Of a DNA stretch of 64,000 nt, positions 57,733 through 64,000 are shown in pieces. How positions within the stretch are numbered: position 1 is the stretch's first letter; each line of letters opens with the position of its first letter. The translations under genes were made by a program, and so were the position numbers. The DNA is taken from contig OY762209.1 of assembly GCA_963665295.1 (NCBI GenBank), positions 544,001 through 608,000 of the forward strand. Reading direction: 5' to 3'. This DNA is from Syntrophorhabdaceae bacterium (lineage in GTDB: Bacteria; Desulfobacterota; Syntrophorhabdia; Syntrophorhabdales; Syntrophorhabdaceae). The notes under the pieces are model-generated. The model was not told where the DNA came from and ran no database searches. It worked only from the letters and a program-made list of their open reading frames with translations.

Positions 57733-58482
57733 ATGATTCCTGTTTATTTGTTTGTAGTGGTGATTATAGTGTTCTTCCTTGTAAGCGCGATAAAGATTCT
57801 CAACGAATACGAGAGGGGCGTCATCTTCAGGCTTGGGCGGGTGCTCGGCTCTCCCAAGGGACCGGGACTCATCATCCTCATACCCATAATCGACAGAATG
57901 GTAAAGGTGAGCCTGAGAACGGTGGTCCTCGACGTACCCTCCCAGGACATGATCACCAAGGACAATGTTTCCATAAAGGTAAATGCAGTCGTTTATTTCC
58001 GCGTCATCGATCCCCTGAAGGCGGTCATCGACGTGGAAAACTTTCTCTACGCCACGAGCCAGCTTTCACAGACGACCCTGAGAAGTGTCCTCGGTCAGGC
58101 CGAACTCGACGATCTCCTCTCCCACAGGGAGAAGATCAATGAAAGGCTCCAGGAGATCCTTGATACCCACACAGAGTCCTGGGGTATCAAGGTCTCGAAC
58201 GTGGAAGTGAAAAACGTCGATCTCCCCCAGGAGATGCAGCGCGCCATTTCACGGCAGGCAGAGGCGGAAAGAGAAAGAAGGGCAAAGGTGATCGCGGCCG
58301 AAGGTGAATTCCAGGCATCGACAAAACTATCGGAGGCGTCCGACATACTCTCCAGGAACCCCATGGCACTCCAGCTACGCTACTTACAAACCCTTATCGA
58401 GATATCGACGGAGAAGAATTCGACCATAGTCTTCCCTCTTCCCATTGATCTTATCAAGGTTTTTACAGAGAGACTGAAATGA
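57733..58482 (+). CDS. Slipin/stomatin (SPFH) protein
   Basis: [35 protein letters not shown]. Confidence 0.93.
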   Translation: MIPVYLFVVVIIVFFLVSAIKILNEYERGVIFRLGRVLGSPKGPGLIILIPIIDRMVKVSLRTVVLDVPSQDMITKDNVSIKVNAVVYFRVIDPLKAVIDVENFLYATSQLSQTTLRSVLGQAELDDLLSHREKINERLQEILDTHTESWGIKVSNVEVKNVDLPQEMQRAISRQAEAERERRAKVIAAEGEFQASTKLSEASDILSRNPMALQLRYLQTLIEISTEKNSTIVFPLPIDLIKVFTERLK

Positions 58483-59672
58483 AAAAGTGGTTATCAGCCC
58501 TAATAGTCATAGTCCTCATGTGCACCGGCACGGCCTACGCGGAAAAAGCGCGCAAGAAGACGAGCGCCCTGAAACAACCGGCCAAGGCGGCCGTTGCGAA
58601 GGTGAAGGAGGACCCGTGCAAGGCCTTTATAGTCGCGGAGGCGACGACCGGCACCGTCCTTGACGGCGAGAATGTCCATGCCAGGCGGCCTCCCGCGAGC
58701 GTGACAAAGCTCATGCTGGCCCTGGTCGTCCTCGAAAAGCTTTCAAGGAACGAGATTGCCCTTACGGACAAGATCACCGTAACGCCGGACGTGGCGCGGA
58801 TAGGGGGCAGTCAGGTCTACCTCAAGGTGGGCGAGACCTTTACCCTCGAAGAGCTGATGAAAGCCGTCATGGTGGCCTCGGCGAACGACGCGGCCTACGC
58901 GGTGGCGGAGCACGTGGGAGGAAGCAAGGAAGGGTTCGTGACACTCATGAACGAAAAGGCCAAGGCCCTCGGCATGGCTGATACGGAGTTCCATTCGGTC
59001 CACGGCCTCCCTCCTTCGAAGGGTGAACAGGAAGACCTTACCTCCTGCAACGACCTTGTGCTCCTTGCCCGGGAAATCCTCAAATATCCCAAAATCATCG
59101 AATGGACGTCGATCAAGACGGAGGGTTTCAGGGGCGGCGCGTTCATCATGAATAACCATAACAAGCTCCTCACCAAGATGCCCGGCGTGGATGGGCTGAA
59201 GACGGGCTTTTACCGGGAGACCGGTTTCAATGTGGTCGCCACGGCGAAGAAGGGCGATCTGAGGTTCATCACCGTGGTCATGGGCAGTCCCTCGGCCAAG
59301 ATACGGGACGACATCGCCATGGAAAAGATGAAGAAGGCCTTCGGCCAACTCCGCATGATGAGCGTGGTGAAGAAAGGTGAACTTGTCGATAAAGAGGTAA
59401 TGCTTCAGGACGGAAAATACAGGAAGCTCAAAGGAGTGGCAGGGGCCAACTTCCTCTACCCCATTACGAACGACAAGAAAGGCAGCATCAAGAAAGAGAT
59501 TGTCATGCCCGACAAGATCAAAGGCGAGATAAAAGAAGGGCAGAAGATGGGCGAGATCATCGTGAAATTCAACGATGTGCAGGTGGGCAAGGTGGACGTG
59601 GTCTCTCCGGTGTATGTCCCTACCGCGAATCTGTTTACCCGTTTTATCCGGAAGCTCGGGCTCAATATATAA
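58479..59672 (+). CDS. D-alanyl-D-alanine carboxypeptidase (peptidase S11)
   Basis: SVTK (SxxK), SAN (SxN), KTG motifs; signal peptide. Confidence 0.92.
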   Translation: MKKWLSALIVIVLMCTGTAYAEKARKKTSALKQPAKAAVAKVKEDPCKAFIVAEATTGTVLDGENVHARRPPASVTKLMLALVVLEKLSRNEIALTDKITVTPDVARIGGSQVYLKVGETFTLEELMKAVMVASANDAAYAVAEHVGGSKEGFVTLMNEKAKALGMADTEFHSVHGLPPSKGEQEDLTSCNDLVLLAREILKYPKIIEWTSIKTEGFRGGAFIMNNHNKLLTKMPGVDGLKTGFYRETGFNVVATAKKGDLRFITVVMGSPSAKIRDDIAMEKMKKAFGQLRMMSVVKKGELVDKEVMLQDGKYRKLKGVAGANFLYPITNDKKGSIKKEIVMPDKIKGEIKEGQKMGEIIVKFNDVQVGKVDVVSPVYVPTANLFTRFIRKLGLNI

Positions 59673-59695
59673 GCTGAAAAGGGGATCTGGGGACC

Positions 59696-60925
59696 ATGTT
59701 GAGAAATAAAGAGATCGTAGTAGGAATAACGGGCGGCATAGCCGCATACAAGACCGCCGAATTGGTGAGGGCCTTTACCAAAAGAGGTGCCAACGTGCAT
59801 GTGGTGATGACGAAGAACGCCATGGAGTTTGTGACGCCCCTGACGTTTCAGACCCTTTCGGGCAACCCCGTGGTCCACAATATGTTCGAGCTTTTCACGG
59901 GCTCCAAGATAGGCCATATCGCTCTTTCCGATATCGCCGACCAGGTGGTGATCGTGCCGGCCACGGCAAATATCATAGGCAAGATAGCCAACGGCATTGC
60001 CGACGATTTTCTCACCACCATGATCATGGCTATAACCGTGCCGGTCCTTTTTGTGCCCTCCATGAATACGAAGATGTGGGAAAGCGCGGCGGTTCAGGGC
60101 AATATCGAAAAGCTGAAGGACAACGGGTTCCAGTTCATGGAGCCGGGAAGCGGCGACCTCGCGTGCGGGACCACAGGTAAGGGGCGTCTCCCCACTATCG
60201 AAGAGATCATCGAGAAGATGGAGGATATCTTCACGGAGAAGGACCTCACCGGCGAAACGGTCCTTGTCACGGCGGGCCCCACCATGGAATATATCGATCC
60301 TGTAAGGTGCATCACCAACAAGTCGTCCGGCAAGATGGGATACGCCATTGCAAAGATCGCAAAGCGGAGAGGCGCGGAAGTGGTGCTTATTACAGGTAAG
60401 ACCTATCTCCCGCCCCCGAGGACGGACATACCCTTCATAGAGGTGATTACCGCCGCGGAAATGCGTGACGCGGTGATGCAGCACTATAAACAGGCCACTA
60501 TCATTATAAAGGCCGCTGCGGTGGCGGACTTCAGGTGCCGGGCGGAAAGCTGCCAGAAGATCAAGAAGAAGGGCGGTGACAAGTGCATGACCCTCGAACT
60601 CGACAAGAACCCGGATATCATCGCGGAACTGGGCGAGGTCAAAGGGGACAGGATCCTCGTCGGCTTTGCCGCAGAGACGGAGAACATGCTGGAGCACGCA
60701 GCGGACAAGCTGAAAAGGAAGAACCTTGACCTTATCGTGGCAAACGACGTTTCCAAGGCAGGGATAGGGTTCGGTTCGGACAATAATGAGGTGGCAATCA
60801 TCGACAAGACGGGCAGCGTGCGGCAGGTGCCCCTTCTCACCAAGGACGAGGTCGCTCACATCATCCTCGACGCCACAAAAAAAATACTGAAAAAAAGAAA
60901 GAAAGCCGAAGAAGATTGGTATTGA
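59696..60925 (+). CDS. coaBC: Phosphopantothenoylcysteine decarboxylase/ligase
   Basis: GITGGIAAYK, PATAN, PSMN, LACG..GKGR, TAGPT.E.IDPVR, SSGKMG, GFAAET. Confidence 0.96.
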   Translation: MLRNKEIVVGITGGIAAYKTAELVRAFTKRGANVHVVMTKNAMEFVTPLTFQTLSGNPVVHNMFELFTGSKIGHIALSDIADQVVIVPATANIIGKIANGIADDFLTTMIMAITVPVLFVPSMNTKMWESAAVQGNIEKLKDNGFQFMEPGSGDLACGTTGKGRLPTIEEIIEKMEDIFTEKDLTGETVLVTAGPTMEYIDPVRCITNKSSGKMGYAIAKIAKRRGAEVVLITGKTYLPPPRTDIPFIEVITAAEMRDAVMQHYKQATIIIKAAAVADFRCRAESCQKIKKKGGDKCMTLELDKNPDIIAELGEVKGDRILVGFAAETENMLEHAADKLKRKNLDLIVANDVSKAGIGFGSDNNEVAIIDKTGSVRQVPLLTKDEVAHIILDATKKILKKRKKAEEDWY

Positions 60926-62319
60926 TGAGAGCATCGAGCAGTGCGTCCCCCGCGGCACGGAACGCCGGGAGGGAGATAAAGAGATTGCGATTCGCATGGA
61001 CCCTTGCGTCCGTGGCGCTGGGTATTTCCCTCTGTTTTCACGCCTTTCCCGCCTTTTCCTACGAAGAGGAAGACAGGGTAATAAAAGTGGTGGAGATGGC
61101 GAGCAAGGCCATCGTCAACATAAAGACCGAGGAATGGTCCAAGGCCCCGGAAGAGCCCAAGAAGACAAGTGTCTTCAAAAGGCTCCTGAGCGAGGAGGAA
61201 GAGCCGGAGGCCTTTGAGAACCAGGGCTCCGGAGTCGTCCTCGACCCCAGGGGAATCATCGTCACCAACGAGCACCTTATCTCGAAGGCCGTCAACATAC
61301 GGGTAAAGTTCATGAACGGCAAGGACTACGAGGCGTACGTCCTCGGAAGCGACCCGGAATTCGACATAGCCCTTCTCAAGGTGACCGACAAGGCCGACCT
61401 GCCCTACCTGAAGATTACCCGGCCCAAGAGCATAAGGGTGGGACAGAAGACGATCGTGATAGGCAACCCTTTCGGGTTGTCAAGCTCCATTTCCGTGGGA
61501 GTGGTGAGCGCCCTCGGAAGGAACCTGAGGATCGACGGCAAGGTGTACGCGAACCTCATCCAGACCGATGCGGCAATAAACCCGGGCAACAGCGGCGGGG
61601 CCCTTCTCGATATGGACGGCAATCCCCTTGGTATCGTCACCGCCATTTACGGCGAGGGCAAGGGCATAGGCTTCGCCATTCCCATGGACGATGTGATGAA
61701 CATGCTCTCGGAATTCCTCGAAAGCAAGATAAAGCGTCCCATATTCGGCGTCTTTACGGAAAAGAAGAGGGACGAACGGGGCCCTTATTTCTACGTGGCA
61801 AAGGTTATTCCCGGAAGTCCCGCCGAGAGGTCCGGCGTGAAGGTGGGCGACCGCATCGTGGAGCTTAACAAGAAGAAGATCAAGGAAGGCTTGAAGCCTC
61901 ACAGCGTCCTAAGAAGCGTAAAGGCCGGAGGGACCATCCAGTTCAAGATCATGAGGGGCACAAGGACATTCCTGATAAACGTAAATGACAAGACCATGGA
62001 GGGATACATGCCTCTTCCCGCGGACGAAAGCCTGTGCAATATGCGGATAGCGGATATAAAGGGCTATCCCAGACTCAAGTTCAAGTTGAAGGATAAAGAG
62101 GGCGTTGTGGTAACCAAGGTGCACAGCAAGAATTCCGTGGACCGGTGCGGCCTCCTTCCGGGGGACGTAATTCTCAAGGTGAACAATAATATGGTCTCCA
62201 ACACCAAAGATTTCGAGTCTTTTATGGCGGAAGGCTTAAAGAGGAATTATATTTTGTATCAGGTGAAAAGAAGTGAGGATATCTTCTTTGCGCCTGTGAA
62301 ACTTGATACCTTGCTCTAG
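60916..62319 (+). CDS. HtrA/DegQ-like serine protease with PDZ domains
   Basis: GSGVV, TNEH, DIALL, IGNPFG, QTDAAINPGNSGG. Confidence 0.92.
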   Translation: MVLMRASSSASPAARNAGREIKRLRFAWTLASVALGISLCFHAFPAFSYEEEDRVIKVVEMASKAIVNIKTEEWSKAPEEPKKTSVFKRLLSEEEEPEAFENQGSGVVLDPRGIIVTNEHLISKAVNIRVKFMNGKDYEAYVLGSDPEFDIALLKVTDKADLPYLKITRPKSIRVGQKTIVIGNPFGLSSSISVGVVSALGRNLRIDGKVYANLIQTDAAINPGNSGGALLDMDGNPLGIVTAIYGEGKGIGFAIPMDDVMNMLSEFLESKIKRPIFGVFTEKKRDERGPYFYVAKVIPGSPAERSGVKVGDRIVELNKKKIKEGLKPHSVLRSVKAGGTIQFKIMRGTRTFLINVNDKTMEGYMPLPADESLCNMRIADIKGYPRLKFKLKDKEGVVVTKVHSKNSVDRCGLLPGDVILKVNNNMVSNTKDFESFMAEGLKRNYILYQVKRSEDIFFAPVKLDTLL

Positions 62320-62327
62320 GGGGTCCT

Positions 62328-62702
62328 ATGAACGACGAAAAAGGCTACACAGTTAAAGACACATCGGGAGATTCCCGGGACGAGGATGTAATGGCGGGTT
62401 CAGGAAAGCACCAGGAATCGCCGGAGGATGCCCTTAAGCGGGAAGACTTCTTTACCGGCCTCACTTTCTCCGCCCTCATACTCTCGCTCTCTACTTCGGC
62501 ACTGGTGAACCTGGGCGAACTGCCCGATCCTCTCTCCAATGAGAAGGCTCTTAATTTTCCCCTGGCGAAGCAGACAATCGGGATTATCGAGATGCTGAAA
62601 GAGAAGACCAGAGGCAACCTGAGCCAGGATGAGGACAGGCTGATCAACAACATGCTCTATGACCTCAGGATGAAATACGTGGGGGCCGCAGGAGCGAAGT
62701 AA
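62328..62702 (+). CDS. DUF1844 family protein
   Basis: FSALILSLSTSAL..LG..P.P, AKQTI..IEML.EKT.GNL..E...LYDLRMKYV. Confidence 0.85.
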   Translation: MNDEKGYTVKDTSGDSRDEDVMAGSGKHQESPEDALKREDFFTGLTFSALILSLSTSALVNLGELPDPLSNEKALNFPLAKQTIGIIEMLKEKTRGNLSQDEDRLINNMLYDLRMKYVGAAGAK

Positions 62703-62876
62703 GATCGTCCTCCCGGACGATCAACCGAAAATACCGGCGGAGAAGAGCCGCCGGGTTCATGCCTCCCGACATAATAAAACCGCACGCTCCTTGAGCGAAG
62801 GCGGCCCGCGCCACGGGGTCAGGAGGCATCCTTTTATGGTGACGCCCCTTGACCCGGTGACCCGTCCTGTTTCTTC

Positions 62877-63599
62877 CTACTTTTTACCCGCCGCCCTGGA
62901 AACCTCCAGCAGGAAGTCTTCAGCGCGAGGGTTCTTCGCCGTTGTCCTGATCAATATATCCGTGGGGCTCACCTTACTGTTACGATAGTACGCGCGGTTC
63001 CATCCATTTCTTACTTTGACCACCGCGCCGTCAAGGGAGATGCCCGCGAAAAGTCCCTGAGACCGGGAAAAGCTGAGTATGTCCGCGCTCAGGTTGGCGG
63101 TAGCCGCTGCGGTCCCCGCACCTATGGGGCCGGCGGCGATACCCACGTCAGCTCCCAGTTTCACGCTGCTGTTGAGAAATGCGGTGACGCCCCGCTCCGT
63201 CATGGCCAGGAGCACCACCTCCGACGCCTGACCTCCCGCCTGAAGGCCGAAGCTGACCTCGCCGATGGTATAGAATGCGGGCCCTACCCAATGCCCTGTC
63301 CTCGCATCCCGCACCGCAAGCACCCCGCTCCCTCCCGAGGCGCCCACGATGAAGGCCCCTTTAAGGATCTGAGGAGCGATGAAGACACCCTTCGCATCTT
63401 TCAAAAGGCTGCGAAACGCGTCCATCTCGGGCGCTGCAAGAAAATTCTCGAAGGTCATGCGGCTCTTCTCCACGAGCTGCCTCGCGTCGGCAAGATCGCT
63501 TGCCCCCAATGCAGGAAAAGTCATGACGCTGCACAGCAAGACAACAGCCAGGACACCCTTCAGCGCTTTCTTCCACACACATCTGTTCATCATATCCAT
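62877..63599 (-). CDS. Ysc84/SYLF lipid-binding secreted protein
   Basis: AKGVFI.P..KGAFIVG..GG.GV, SFGLQAG, SRSQGLFAGISLDG. Confidence 0.88.
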   Translation of the reverse strand: MDMMNRCVWKKALKGVLAVVLLCSVMTFPALGASDLADARQLVEKSRMTFENFLAAPEMDAFRSLLKDAKGVFIAPQILKGAFIVGASGGSGVLAVRDARTGHWVGPAFYTIGEVSFGLQAGGQASEVVLLAMTERGVTAFLNSSVKLGADVGIAAGPIGAGTAAATANLSADILSFSRSQGLFAGISLDGAVVKVRNGWNRAYYRNSKVSPTDILIRTTAKNPRAEDFLLEVSRAAGKK

Positions 63600-63736
63600 A
63601 CTGCCTCCCTTGCGAAGGGGTTACGGGTGCCCGCCGTTGCCGACGGGCGCCTTCGCACCCCGTCTTCTTCATGATGCGACCGCCCGGGGGCGCCCGCCAA
63701 TTTTACGTCCTGCCTGAATTGTTGCCGGTAAAGCCC

Positions 63737-64000
63737 TTACTTTGCCGGTTCGAAATGGGCATTCCTGTTTTTGGCCCAGCACTCCTCGTTATGTTCCTTG
63801 CAGAGCGGCCTTTCCTTACCGTAGCTCACCGTGTTGAGGAGCGCGCCATCGACTCCCAGGCCCACGAGGTAACTCTTCGCTGAATCGGCCCTCTTCTGAC
63901 CCAGGACCAGGTTGTACTCTACAGTACCCCTCTCATCGCAGTTGCCCTCGATCCGCACCTTCTTGCCCGGGTTCTGTTTGAACCAGTCCATATCCTTCTT
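63737..64000 (-). CDS. pal: Peptidoglycan-associated lipoprotein (C-terminal part; start outside window)
   Basis: [35 protein letters not shown]. Confidence 0.9.
   Translation of the reverse strand, partial: KKDMDWFKQNPGKKVRIEGNCDERGTVEYNLVLGQKRADSAKSYLVGLGVDGALLNTVSYGKERPLCKEHNEECWAKNRNAHFEPAK

Noticed and set aside
1..64000. CRISPR arrays, rRNA, tRNA or riboswitches
   Set aside because: None recognisable by eye; an Rfam/tRNAscan run would be needed to exclude small RNAs.

Overview
A 64-kb chromosomal window from an anaerobic bacterium. The gene content (many sigma-54 regulators, TRAP transporters, acyl-CoA enzymes, HydABC-like flavoproteins) suggests a deltaproteobacterium or syntroph; this is inference, not a taxonomic call. 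From left to right: (1) the end of a surface-polysaccharide locus (GNAT, three GT2, Wzm/Wzt, GT25); (2) a TRAP transporter, sigma-54 regulator and a TetR/acyl-CoA dehydrogenase unit with three copies of a palindromic operator; (3) envelope proteins, ferritin and flavodoxin; (4) a sigma-54-promoted operon for a NuoE/NuoF/GltD-FdhA-like complex (NfnABC/Bfu-type electron-bifurcating candidate), followed by a two-component system; (5) secreted and hypothetical proteins and acetoacetate decarboxylase, hydroxyacyl-CoA dehydrogenase and MFS genes; (6) an AT-richer accessory island (~45.1-54.3 kb); (7) conserved housekeeping genes (arsA-like, rsmD, coaD, nfeD, slipin, dac, coaBC, htrA-like, pal). The island holds a HigA remnant, a 1289-aa PD-(D/E)XK protein, an intact IS630 and an integrase-less integron cassette array. 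The array has a strong promoter, a textbook attC and matched crossover sites. Its cassettes carry a GIY-YIG plus Zn-finger gene pair and a nuclease fused to a SeqA-like domain, the best candidates here for undescribed defence systems. All protein calls are from motif recognition by eye; no searches were run.
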